A stretch of 63,735 bases of DNA, the filler included, from Sphacelaria rigidula (taxonomy: Eukaryota): the NCBI GenBank assembly GCA_964200075.2. It is 8 parts of 8 records of this genome, joined end to end, with 100 filler letters (N's around TTAATTAATTAA, not from the genome) between each part and the next. Parts side by side here need not be neighbours in the genome. Positions count along the whole stretch, not along the records: positions 47,879 to 55,757 come from CAXNAA020013124.1; positions 55,858 to 63,735 come from CAXNAA020013125.1; 6 more parts are not named here. One strand, given 5' to 3'. Shown here one piece after another: positions 52,233-63,735 of the stretch (position 1 is the stretch's first letter; every line of letters starts with the position of its first letter). The notes under the pieces were generated by a model that saw only the letters and a program-made list of their open reading frames with translations, did not search any database and was not told the DNA's origin. A program made the translations under genes and the position numbers.

Positions 52233-53361
52233 TTAATCAATCTTCAGCAGCCGGGGCTACCTTCATCACAGAAGCTGAGCCTTTTCAATGGTTGGCCGTT
52301 AGCGCAGCGTTTCATGGCAAATCCTATGACCCCTTCGTGCTTATCAAAAGCAAAAAAATGATGTCAGAAAAGCATACGCCCCACAGGACTCCGGTCCCTG
52401 GGCACATGCATGCTAAATAAAGAAGGGGTACGTTTTTTCGGGGACCCCAATGTTTCGGTCAAACGCGTTCCTCGGGGCGAATGACTTGCCGTAGATGTGC
52501 CGATACCGCTGCGAATACTGACCTCGCAAACGGTAACTAGGACGTTGGTTCCCACCACAAAGGGTCAAACGCGCCAACACTCCAACGTTTACGGACGAAG
52601 AAGACCACGCATGGATTTTCTGGCTAGATTGCGTGGTCGATTTTGATGGGCGATTGCGTCACACATCAACTAGTCCGCCACTTTTTCCGTCCGGTTCACA
52701 AGATGAGAGACATTACTCGAGGAAGAAACGTACATGCAGAGAACAGTTGCTAACAGGGACACTCGAGAAAAACCAAGACGAGACGAGAATTAAGTGAAAC
52801 CCAGACGAATGTCAAGAGACAGAACATGAATTGGCAAACGCCCGCAGAAAGATCCCTATACAAGGAAAAAGGTCAGAATTAGTCATAACGCAGAGGCGGC
52901 AAAAAAATCGTGAAGATATTGACTTCAGCATGCTTCCCAAAATATTTCTATCCTCCCCCCCTTGGTTGGTATAAAAAAAGTCAACCGCTGCTATTATTCA
53001 GAAATATCGTCTTGCGTCCCGAGGGTGGAGAAATGAGTAACCGTCAACATGTTGTCGTTGTCCAGAGTGTGTTGGAAAATCTTGCTCATTCCCAGAATGA
53101 GAATCGTTATTTTTTATTCGCTGGCCAGAAGAAACCGAGCAGGCTGTTAGAAAGGAGGGGAACACCTGTACTTTCGTTCACAGTGGACAAGGCCGAAGGA
53201 CAAGCGATGTGCACAAGAACATTCACATTCATCTAGTCTAGCTTAGTCGTAACGGCTGTGTTTTCCGCTTATTCACCTTGTTTTGGTGTTCATCTTGCGC
53301 ACAAGGATGGATGGTTGGTTGGATTCATACTTCGGCGTACCCAGTTGATGTGACATGACTT

Positions 53362-53672
53362 ATCAACCAATCATTCAATGTTTCAATCATTTTATTATTA
53401 AATCACTAAATCACTAAATCATTAAGTCAATGAATCAAAGAATCCATGAATCAATGAATCAACCAATCAATCAATCAATTAATCACTTCATCAATGTGCC
53501 TATCGACAAACTGATCGCCGCCACTGCAAGAGATAAGTCACTAAATCACTAGATCATTGAATCATTGAATCATTGAATCAGTAAATCAATGAATCAATGA
53601 ATCAATGCATCAATGAACCAATCATTCCATCAATGTGCTTATCGACCAACTGATCGCCGCCACTGCAAGAGC
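53362..53672. repeat. AATC-based low-complexity tract with a duplicated ~44-bp block
   Basis: CATCAATGTGC(C/T)TATCGAC(A/C)AACTGATCGCCGCCACTGCAAGAG at ~53488 and ~53628. Confidence 0.85.
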
Positions 53673-54301
53673 TCTTCCGTCCCTGTGAGTCCTCCAAAAA
53701 TTAGTGTCTTGTGGGACGCAACCCCCAATGTTACTCTACGCATAGTGCCGCTCTTGCCGATAAACATCCACCCACAACAGAAATTAACGCCCACACAGAG
53801 CCGAAAAAACAAACACGGCATTTCAATACACACACACAAACACACCAATTTCGACACGCATCAATCCACCCAGTAAAAACGAGACACTGGTACGGAGACT
53901 TCCCACAGAGTGCGGGTAAATCACCCGTTAGCAGGAGGCGGAAACATGTTCTTCCTACTACTGCATTACCCGCACCACCATTTCATAGACTCGTTTCATA
54001 CACACGAACTTCCCACCGTCCGGCGCCGGTTACTGCACCTGAAAGTTGCAGAGCGGGCAAACGACCACGGGCTCGAGCTTAGCCAGCTTGCCCTTGTGCG
54101 GAAGCGAGAAGCCCTTGTTGCACCCAGAGCAGAATAGCAAGGGTCTTAGGAGGCCACGGGCACCATACAGATTGGACAAAAGCGAGCCAAAATAGGCAAG
54201 ACGTGTGGATAGCTGTTGGTACAGAGCAAGTTGTTTTCATTGTGCAGGTGGCGAGTGCAGCCGCCCAAGGATATTTCAGGTGACTCTGCAAGAATCGTCT
54301 T

Positions 54302-54645
54302 TTGTGCGTCACCCCATCTATTCTAGACGCCGGTCTACACCTTTCGGTATATACATGTAGGCGCACCAGCCGGGGTCACACAGGAAAAGGGTCAACACAG
54401 GAGTCTTTTATTTTTAGTTATCCACCTTCCTTCTGCGGTGCTTGCCTATTTTTAATCGCGAGACGGTTTAAGCAGTCCATTTCCCTCGTCGACCATTAAT
54501 TTGAATTTTGTGTACCCTCGACATACTCGCTCTCTACTGCTGGGCATGGTGTGAGGACAAATCCCAGATCGCTCCGAGATTTGAACCCACGACCCAATCG
54601 TCAGAGGGTTTCGAGGTCACCAACTCAGCCACCGGGGCGACCGGC
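54302..54645 (-). mobile_element. tRNA-derived SINE, copy 2
   Basis: Same head and body as 14699-15035. Confidence 0.85.
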
Positions 54646-55019
54646 GTGAGTAGTCTACCACCGTGTGACACGAAGGTCTACCGCACGATGTTTTGACGTT
54701 TCGAAGTAAAGAATTGCCAATCGTAGTCGGCCACGGCGCGGGCCTCAGTGTTTGACATTTTTTCGGATTATAGGTTGCCGATGAGAACCAAGTCTACTCA
54801 ACGAGAGGGCGCATAGTCGTATTTTACGCGCGTTGGCTGCTGTGGGCCGCGGGGGCAATCCCCGATGATCTATAGTTGAAACAATACCTAGAGAAGCCCC
54901 TGATATCATCGTTGCTTTCATCAGAAGCACGAGGGGAAGTGTTATCCCAAGAGGACACAGTATAAGGGTCTCTAATAGGAAAGATTTTTCGATATTTCAC
55001 CAATGAGCTCATGTGGCGG

Positions 55020-55181
55020 ATGTCATGATGATGATGATAATGGTGACGATGATGATAATGGTGACGATGATTATTATGACGATGATGATAATGATGACGA
55101 TAATCATAATGATGATGATGATGACAATGATGACAATGATAATAACTAAGGTGATGATTCAACAACAACAACAACAACAAA
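55020..55181. repeat. (GAT/GAC/AAT)n then (CAA)n microsatellite
   Basis: Seen directly; explains the His-rich ORF. Confidence 0.9.
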
Positions 55182-55211
55182 AATAATTGACAACAGCTAA
55201 CCAGACGTAAG

Positions 55212-55512
55212 GCTGGTCCTCTGGGTGGCTCATTTGGTAACTTCGAAACCTTCCGACGGTTGGTCGTCGGTTCGAATCTCGGTGAAGTCACACGATTTGG
55301 GATATTTTCTGACATCATGCCCATCAATGGAGAACGACCAGGTGTGTACATAAAATTCGACTTTCCGTCCCGGTCACGATGGAGATGGGCCGCTGAATCC
55401 TCTTGGCGATAAAGAAGGGGGCAAGCACGGCAGAAGGCAGGTAAAGTACTAAAACAGAACAAAACAACAAAGACTTCTGTGCTGATGACCCTCCTTCTGC
55501 GCGACCCCCGCC
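55212..55512 (+). mobile_element. tRNA-derived SINE, divergent copy 3
   Basis: TGGCTCATTTGG A box, GGTTCGAATCTC B box, recognisable body. Confidence 0.75.
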
Positions 55513-55757
55513 GATTTTCCCGCATTTTTTATTGATTTTGATGGATTATTGATTGATTGTCGCACTTTAACTGACTCCCCAGGGGTCCAGCCGTGGTCTC
55601 ATGATAGACGTGCCCAACAAAGACGCCTACTGTACTGAAAGGTGGAGACCGGCGTCAAGAATTGATGGAACACCGCTTTTTCCCCAATACAGGCGCACCG
55701 CGCGTGTGTCAAGTCGTCTGAAGCATGTATGAGCCCATTTTCCGTGAAATCGATCCC

Positions 55758-55857
55758 NNNNNNNNNNNNNNNNNNNNNNNNNNNNNNNNNNNNNNNNNNN
55801 NTTAATTAATTAANNNNNNNNNNNNNNNNNNNNNNNNNNNNNNNNNNNNNNNNNNNN
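55758..55857. other. Artificial contig linker
   Basis: N44-TTAATTAATTAA-N44. Confidence 0.98.
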
Positions 55858-56077
55858 GATCACCCGTACCGCTGTTTCGGACGAAAGAGTCGCACATAAC
55901 CAGCCCGCAACTCGTCAAAAGCGTACATAGTGCGGGACCCGCACTATTGAGGTAATATGTTCACATTATTAGTGCAGGATGCGCCCCAAAAGGACAAAAA
56001 ACATATTGTGCGGGTGCCCGGTTTAGTGCGGGTGAAATCGCCTGTCCCATACCCGCACTATACAGGGCCACCTACTG
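55858..56077. mobile_element. Terminus of a Tc1/mariner-pogo-like element inserted at TA
   Basis: Minus strand reads TA-CAGTAGGTGGCCCTGTATAGTGCGGG; repeated subterminal TAGTGCGGG/CCCGCACTA motifs; truncates the XPG-like frame. Confidence 0.55.
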
Positions 56078-56079
56078 TA

Positions 56080-57780
56080 TCGGTTTCGTGAAGAGGTTCG
56101 AAGATCGCACGACCTTCAGCACGAAGTCCCACATCTTCAGGAAGGGAATCCCGGACACGCGCGGCAGGAAGTCACAGCCAGCCAACAAGTAGATGGAAAC
56201 AAACAGGCCCACCTTCACAGGTGGCGTCAGCCAAGCATACTCCTCGTCGGGTGGCCAAGCACTCTCGCTACCGTCCCTTAGATCCACGATCGCCCTGTAC
56301 ACTCGATTCACCAGTATATACCGGGGGGCACCACTCACGATGCGTTTGACAGTAACCTGAACTGCGTCGGCGCCCCGCGTCGGTATCCACCCGGTGGCCA
56401 TAGCCAGGAGAACGATAATCCGTTGATCAGTATCAATGGAAGTTATGAGCCTTTTCTTCAATTGCCTCTCGAACAACCTCTCCGAGTGGATGATAAAGTG
56501 GACTGCGGACATCTCTCCCTCACGTATGCCGGGCCCACTGCGCTGTGGATACTCCGATCAGGCCCACTGCCATGACCCCACCAGAGCAGATGGCCTTGCG
56601 AGTCGTGAGTAGATCGCTGGGGGGCCACCGCACCTGGCAGACGTGCTTTTGCCGCCGCTGTTCCCGGCCCCTCGCCACCTGAAAACGCCGCATGATACAA
56701 TTTTGGAATCGATTAAACCCCCGCGCTGGCGCCAACATCCACGCGTGGCGCCCTTATGGGCGCACCCGTCTCCTCACGTCCCCCCCCACCGGTCACCGCC
56801 TCAAGATACGTCCACGGGGGCGCCCCTGCGACAACACTGTCGCCGATAACTCCGCCCGCCGCAATTCCTGTCGCAGCTACCGACACCGGCGGCATCGCCG
56901 GTCCCCCGTCCCCTCGCCTGCCTGCTGCCGCCGTTGAATTCGACCCGCAGCCCGCCGTGGTCAGCCCACCGCCGAAAACACTCGCGTCTGACATCGCTAC
57001 TTCCGTCGCCGTCGCCACCGCTCCCCCCGGGTAGCTTGGCCATCATCACGTGTTGGTCCCTCATCGCCGCAACCGCTCTCTCACGCCCTCCCACCAGCCA
57101 ACGCCTCAAGATATGTCCGCGGGGGCGCCCCTGGCACAGCACTGCGGCCCAGAACCCCGTCCACCGTGAATCTTGCTGCGGCTTCCGCCGCCGGCAGCAT
57201 CACCGGTCCTCCCCCCCCTCGCCCACCTGCCGCCGTCGCTGAATTCGAGCCGCAGACTGCCTCCGCCGGCCCGTCGCCGGAAACGCTCGCGTCTGACACC
57301 GCTAAATCCGCCTCCATCGCCACCGCCCGCCCCCGGTAGCTCAGCCATCACCACTTCCGCGATCCATGGCCGGCTCGCATTATACCATTCGCGGTCATCC
57401 ACACCGTCACATCCCTGTTCGTCTGCCATAACCGCCGCTGCTGTGTCGCCCCCTCCTTCGCCTGCATCTGGTGCTCCTTCTGCCACACGTATCTGCGTGT
57501 AACCACGTAGGGTTGGCGGTAATCTGCTCCCACATGTTACGATCAAGGGCCCGTCGTGGTTTTCGACTAGTACTCGCTCGAAAGCACCGCTGGCAGAGTA
57601 GTTCCGTACGTGTTTGTTGTTTTGGCGAAGCAAGCTTTGGAAGCCTGACCTCCTAGGAAGGGCCGCGTTTGACGTCAGATGGAAGTTCCCGACGACCTTT
57701 TGAACTTCATCCGTCCGCCCTCGCTGTTCGTGCGACTTGATGATTCCCACGGCGTCGGGGTTGTCGTGTGCTAACACCAA
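56080..57780 (-). pseudogene. Split XPG/FEN1-like (PIN fold) nuclease relic, AcademX-like
   Basis: N part VLAHDNPDAVGIIKSHEQRGR...LLRQNNK...LIVTCG (57500-57780); I part REGEMSAVHF...ITSIDTD...LLAGCDFLPRVSGIP (56080-56530). Confidence 0.7.
56788..57353. repeat. GC-rich tandem duplication, period ~305 bp
   Basis: CGCCTCAAGATA(C/T)GTCC(A/G)CGGGGGCGCCCCTG at ~56798 and ~57102; matching ends ~57048 and ~57353. Confidence 0.85.
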
Positions 57781-58435
57781 TAGCTCGGTCCTTGCGTCGG
57801 TTCATTCAGTGAGCACTTTGGTTAAAACCCCGATCCCCACGACTCCACCGCCACCAACGTGACACCTTCACGCGGGGTGTTACCCCCCTCTTGAAGAGGT
57901 ACTAACGACGGATTTGATGGCGACACCCTCTGTGTATGGTTTTCGGACGCGGAAGTAACCGAAAGTTCATCAGTCGTGCCTTCCCCGCCCGGCAGACGTC
58001 TAAGCTTGATACGCTCTGCACTCCGACGGTAGTTGCGCCCTCCCGTGCAGCCGCGGTTTTCCACGTCTGCATCATCAGCTGAATCGATCGATGCCTCAGA
58101 GGGACTGAACAATGCGGTCGCCGGGTCTTAGCGTACAATGGGGGACTGAACTCCTTCCGCACAGCACCGCTTTCGTCGGTGTGGGCCCCGGCGATATCCC
58201 TCAGATTATTCGCCGATACCTCACGCTCGGAATATGTCAGTCGAGGCGTGCTTCCAACAGCGGATGTGGCATGCTACGGACGGGACAGCGGCCGGAGTGG
58301 CGTAGGCACGTGGCCACCTGCCCGGAGGAGAAGGCGCGAGGGTATATGGGCACAGAGCGTCAGTCTTCTAGTGTTGGTCGTTTTGCGAGCGTGGGAGCGG
58401 GGTGCTGATGTCGGCCCATGATATAAACAGGTGTA

Positions 58436-58731
58436 CGTACAACAACGTTTTCGTGAGATTGAGAGTAGAGCGCTGATTGAGAGTGGCTTTGATCATTCGC
58501 TGTAACTTAGCCATTATTTAATCCTGTGTGTACCTTTCTTTGCCTCCATCATTTGCATGTGCTTACAGCTACACGTCGATATTCTACTCAGGGATATCAA
58601 GGGCCTCAGTAGCCAGCTATTATAGAAAGCACGTTGAGCCTCGTGAAGGGGCGTTTCGGAACTGAAACGATTCGCTTTTTACTCTCAGTCGTATCCTCTA
58701 CTCTCAATCTCACGAAAACATTGTTGTACGG
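58436..58731. mobile_element. Tc1/mariner-like MITE (TA-flanked, ~35-bp TIRs); degenerate inverted copy ~62872-63123
   Basis: TA-CGTACAACAACGTTTTCGTGAGATTGAGAGTAGAG...CTCTACTCTCAATCTCACGAAAACATTGTTGTACGG-TA. Confidence 0.75.
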
Positions 58732-59579
58732 TAAATTCCCTTAAAACACACACTTCTTCATCGGGAACAAGATGAGTGGTGCCAGACACGTGCACTGTGC
58801 AGCTGTTGTACTTTGCACGGTCAACGCAACAGGAGTGCTCTGGCGCTGGTACCTCGGGATTGATTACGGCGCCGTCTCTCGCGTTCGGACTGTCCCGGGT
58901 GGCGTTTCAGGAGCACCCCAGCGTTTGCGCTCCAACTGCGAGCCTTCGGGGTTTTTCAAATCTGCGTTTATCGAAGAATATGTAGGTAGGGGTGGGTGGG
59001 TGTATGCGGGGTTGGAGGGCACTTCTTTTGATCTGATATGTCTTCCATTGTGCGGTATCATCCAACTATAACACACCTTTGCTCTCCGTGCGGTCATATC
59101 TGGTGATCTCGGCATGCAACAGTGGCACTGAACGACCGTCCAAATTCACAGCTCGAAACCTATGTCAGTGCAACCTCCATCGATGTCTGTCCACGTAGAG
59201 TATCGATTGAACCCGGGAGCAGGTGCCCAACGATTGGTGGTTGCGAAAGAATACGGCACCAGCAGCAATTTGTACCTCACTTCGTGGAGTACACCACCCA
59301 CAGAGGAGCACATGCCCGGTGAACGCAGTTAACACTTGGTGGATCCTGCACGCTTTGACGCGACCGCGATATACGCACTACAGTAGCACTGTACATGACG
59401 TTTTCCCCTTACAGTTTCGAGGTCCTACCGTGCCATGCACGACACTTCACAGACTGTATGATGCTCGATGGTGGGTTGCACTTCACTAGACCAGCTATGT
59501 TCCGTGCTGCACCCAGGTGGGCTGTACTATTTTGGAAACGGGACTGTACTACACTGCTGTGTACTGGTTGTACAATAGT

Positions 59580-61030
59580 AGTACACCGGGCACTCCACAG
59601 CTCCCGTGTACTGGTATGCAGCAAAAATGAAACCTTCTCGAAACTTCAGCGAATCCGTTCACTTTTCGGCATGGGTATATTTCAGCAAACACCTTTGAAG
59701 CTGATTTATTTTTGGTGCAGAAGGCGAATCCCCCCTCCGTGTCTCTGCCGGTGATGTGACTCGGGCGCGGTGCTCTCCCATAACACACGAAGTTTCACAG
59801 GGGGGGGGGGTGCACCCACCGCAGCACAGAATCTGCCGTAGCTCGTTGCATACAGCACTATTACCGTTGTAATTTGCGAGAGGAGCTGTCTGACTATGTA
59901 TTAACACACCTTATTAGTTCATCTTCGTGCTCGTTTCACCTGGGGTCTGTGCTACACAGATGTTTACTGATTGTATTACAGCACACCAGGCACAATTCGA
60001 CTTTTTCACACTTCAGAAAACTCGATTAATTCGTGGAATGGATGAAGCCGGGCGCCCCGGTGGCTCAGTTGGTAGCTTCGAAGCCCTCTGACGGTTGGGT
60101 CATGGGGTCAATTCTCGGGGCGACCTGGGATTTTTTCTCACACAATGCTCAACAGTGTAGAGCGACTATGACGTGGGTACAAATTCGACTCAACGGTCGG
60201 CGAGGGGAAGGGACTGTTCTTCCCCCATCGCGATAAAAAATAATGTCAAGCACTGCAGAAGGAAGGTGGGGTACAAGAAACAAGTAAAAAAGAAAAGCTC
60301 CTGCGTCGACCTTCCTCCTGTGTGACCCCGGCTGGTGCGCCTACATATACATATACCGAAAGGTTTCGACCGACGCCCAGAACAGATGGAACGAGAAGAC
60401 ACACACACAGATGGATTTCAGCAAACGTTTTCATTTTTTCTAGTGTAGAAGATGACGCCCCCCTCCATGTCTCTGTCGGTGATGTAGGTCGAGCGCCGTG
60501 CTCTCCCGTGACACCGGAGGTCAGGTTTGACAAGGGCGGAGCTGGTGTGCACCGTACGCTGCGCGAGTTATGCCATAGGCCGTTGCATACCGCGCCGTTG
60601 CCGTTGCAATTTGCGACCGGAGCTGTCTGCCTATACATATTGACCGTTTATGTGTCTGCTTGTTTAACCTGGGAACATTACTATAGTGTTATGTACTGAT
60701 CGAACTGCAGTATCACACCAGGCACTCCAGAGCTCCCGTGTACTGGTTTGCAGGAAAGTTGAAACTTTTCAAACTTTAGCGACCTCGTGTGTTTTGCGGC
60801 ATGGATAGATTTCGGCGAATCTTCTTGACATGAAAAGGATATGTTGTGCAGAAGACGATAACCTCGTCTGTGTCTCTGGCAGTGGTGTAGGTCGAAGGCG
60901 GTGCTCTCCCATAACACCGGAGGTCAGGTTTCACAGGGGGGGTGGTGTTCAGCCTGCGCTGCACGGATTCTGCCATAGTTCGTTGTGTATACAGCACTGT
61001 AGCGTTGCAAATTGCGATTAAACTGTTGTC
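59580..61030. repeat. Three diverged tandem copies of a ~350-400-bp unit; the middle copy is interrupted by a SINE
   Basis: Shared ACACC(A/G)GGCAC, TGTCTCTG..GGTG.TGT, GTGCTCTCCC.T.ACAC and TTG.AA.TTGCGA blocks. Confidence 0.75.
60047..60408 (+). mobile_element. tRNA-derived SINE, copy 4 (full length); partial copy 5 at ~62283-62432 (-)
   Basis: GCCGGGCGCCCCGGTGGCTCAGTTGGTA head, degenerate B box, (CA)n tail. Confidence 0.85.
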
Positions 61031-62441
61031 CATATTTGAACGCACCTTGATTGCTCATGCGTCTACTCCTTCCTCCTGGGCGATGCTGTCTGGGCCGCTG
61101 CTGCATGCACAGCAGGTGCGGACCGTCCGTGCGAAATCGGGATACTTGCCATCATCCACCGTTTTTCGCGGAGGAGTTTAAATCCTCATCAAAACAACAA
61201 ACACTGCCACAGTTGGCTGGCCCAGCTCGTATCGGCCCCTGAGAATTTGCACTATTTCGATCGAAACCAAAACGGCGGAATCCGCGTGGAGCGGTGCTGT
61301 ACTTGCTCACTTGTGATCAGTGCAGACAACAACAACAGTAGTAATGTACTGACTGTACGCACGCTCCGTACGGTGTGCGAATGTTTCGTAAAGTAGGATG
61401 TGAAAAAAAGAGAAGCGGCCAAGTACAGACAGGACAGGCAGGAAGACTGTGGGTACCCTCTGCATACAGGAAAAGGCGAAAAACTTGTGAAGAACGTGCA
61501 GCTTTGTACTGCCTGTACCGACTCTTGTACTGTGCTGTCCATGAGCGTGTGCGCGTTTCAGTCGCCCCACTTTACCACACAACTTCGTCACCGACCCCTA
61601 GCACAAAAGAAGTTGCTCGAGTTTTTGCCGTCAAGTAAAAGACATACCATGATAGTCTCGGTTCCCAATAACTGCAGCGTACGTGTCTCAGTGCTTGGTT
61701 CACGATCAAAGCTGCAGGGTTGCGGTAGTGGAGTAGCCGAGAAAAGTGTGCAGGGGTGTGCGTGGTTTTGTGAACGGGTGGTATCTAGCGTGATGGTCCG
61801 CATGATAAGACTGATTCGGGTAGGGGGACATCCTTGGTCCTTGATCGTCAAGGATCTAACGACCGGCCTGTACGATACAGATAAAACATCTGTCATACAT
61901 CTGTCGAACGTCGCATGCCTGAGAACCATCGAAAGCAAGAATCGTACCGAGTTGGTCGCTGGTTGCATCGGCTCGATACCCCTCCCCGACGATTTGAAAG
62001 TTCTCAAAAGTGGTGGGGGTGCACAGAATTTGTCTCAGGTTTGAAATATTGTTCATCTCACACCCAAAAAAAGACTTGTAATATAGGCGGTGGACGCTTT
62101 GCTGCACCTTGGAAGTACGTCCTCAGAAACCCTGTGCTGGCCACCGCTAGCAACCATCCACAAATCATAGAACCCTGTGGCGATCCCCTCGCGACCCCAC
62201 TCTGCAACCATGTGGTGACCCTGTGGCGACCCTGTACGAGGTACCGCCTCATGTACCCTGCGGCGAGAGCAAAGTGTCTTATGCGTGTGTGTTGTCATCC
62301 CATCTGTTCTGGACGTTGGTCTACACCTTTTCGATATATGTGGGCGCACCAACCAGGGTCACACAGAAGTAAGGCCAGCGAAGGAGTTTTTTGTTTGTTC
62401 GTGTGTTTGTTTTAGTTGCCCACCTTCCTGCTATGTGACTA

Positions 62442-62521
62442 TTCGATCGAAAAGATGCGGTGGGAAACAATCTGATCCGAAAGGTGTGAATCGTCTTTCC
62501 GCCGCACCTTTTCGATCGAAA
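62442..62521. repeat. 80-bp hairpin / mini inverted-repeat element
   Basis: TTCGATCGAAAAG(A/G)TGCGG(T/C)GG mirrored; abuts the truncation point of SINE copy 5. Confidence 0.7.
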
Positions 62522-63735
62522 ATCATCTGCCAAGACACGTCGTCAAGGGGGGCCATCTGGGTCCAAATGTGCAACCTCTGCCGTGACGTGACTCTTATAT
62601 GCATTGCAGTATAGAGTCGGTTCAGCGTTCATCAGCCCGCAAATGATGAAGGAGTTCACTTGCTGTCACTACAACAAGCATCTGCCTATGGGCGTACTCC
62701 GTACAGTACAAGTGCTGTACAGCGGACGGGACGGGAAACTCTTGACCGCACCGTGGTGAGTCTACCATGTCAGAGCAAGAGTCATGAAAGCCTGTGTTTG
62801 TCTTCGTGATAGGTTTTTATCGGGGGCGGGTAGAAGTAATTCAAGATTGTTCGGGCGGGGTTACACCCCGTATTTTCGTGAGAATGAGAGTTTGTTTCGA
62901 AACGACCCTCCGCGAGGCACGATCCACGTTTTGTAGTAGCTCACCACTGCTGAAGCCCTCGAGATACCCCTGAGTAGGATATCGACGTAAAGCTGTCAGC
63001 ACACGCCAGTGTTACTCGCAACGAAAACATATACACGGAATGAAGACCTGGTCAAGTGAAGCAAATCAAACCCACTCTCAATCAACGCTCTGGTCTCAAC
63101 TTCACGAAAAAGTTGTTTTTGTAGACGAGAACATTTTCTTTTCATCCCTTTGACCTAAATACGGGCCAGCTGTTGACTGAGTATCAATTCTCAATTTCAC
63201 TTGAAAAATTAGTGAAGGGCAAAGAGGCCTCGACTTGCCCTCCAACTGGTCGGAGTGTCAAGAAGAGCAGTTCGTGTATTTCGAGAAAGACACTTGCCGT
63301 CTCAAGCGCTTTGCAATCTTCACACGCATGACCTTCACTCGATGATCAGTCAACTCTGCTTCCTGTAATGCAAGGGGCACCTTCACCTGGATAGCTACAT
63401 AATATGTACGCTGTTCACGGTCCGCCTTCGTTGCCATTCAGCTTGGGGCTAGCGTTAGCGTGTACAGCAGCACTTCTGGTGTGGCATACATGAAGAGTAG
63501 TAGTCAAGAGGCGCGTTGAGTGACGAATAATGCTCGGAACAGATACCAAACCGATGGAGCAAACGTGATTAGCTTGAAGAAATGACGACCAAGCAACCGC
63601 TGTGTGATGATGCGAAGTGCAAGCATTGCATCAGACACTTTCCACAATAACCCCCAAAACCAGTCCAAAAGTGCAAAGGTCGGACAAATAATGATTCGTC
63701 TGGAAATTACTTGGTTTTAGTACGATGAGGCGACT

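Noticed and set aside
7882-55857. Regular ~8-kb TTAATTAATTAA motif as a biological periodic signal
   Set aside because: Embedded in fixed N padding; it is an assembly linker.

Overview
Eukaryotic, repeat-dominated sequence, most likely a stramenopile and probably a brown alga (inferred from short GT-AG exons, long repeat-filled introns and the eEF1B-gamma sequence). The window is not one locus. It is eight unrelated ~7.88-kb contigs (7881, 7880, 7880, 7879 x4, 7878 bp) joined by an identical artificial 100-bp linker (N44-TTAATTAATTAA-N44), so adjacency across linkers has no biological meaning. Host genes seen: the first four exons of elongation factor 1B-gamma, an intron-containing tRNA-Tyr(GUA), a DUF501-like exon, one protein-kinase exon, an EGF-like+TM exon and an RWP-RK-like relic. 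The rest is nested transposable elements: Ty3/Gypsy 3' ends with LTRs, a 5'-truncated RTE LINE, a tRNA-headed SINE family, and piggyBac-, Sola2-, Tc1/mariner- and Harbinger-like non-autonomous elements. The most notable items are a decayed five-exon gene (tandem U1-type Zn fingers, PIP-box-like motif, Cys/His domain, AT-hook, acidic and poly-Lys tail), a Gypsy pol tail carrying both a chromodomain-like and a Tudor-like module, and a split XPG/PIN nuclease relic resembling AcademX transposons. All family assignments come from motif recognition by eye; no searches were run.
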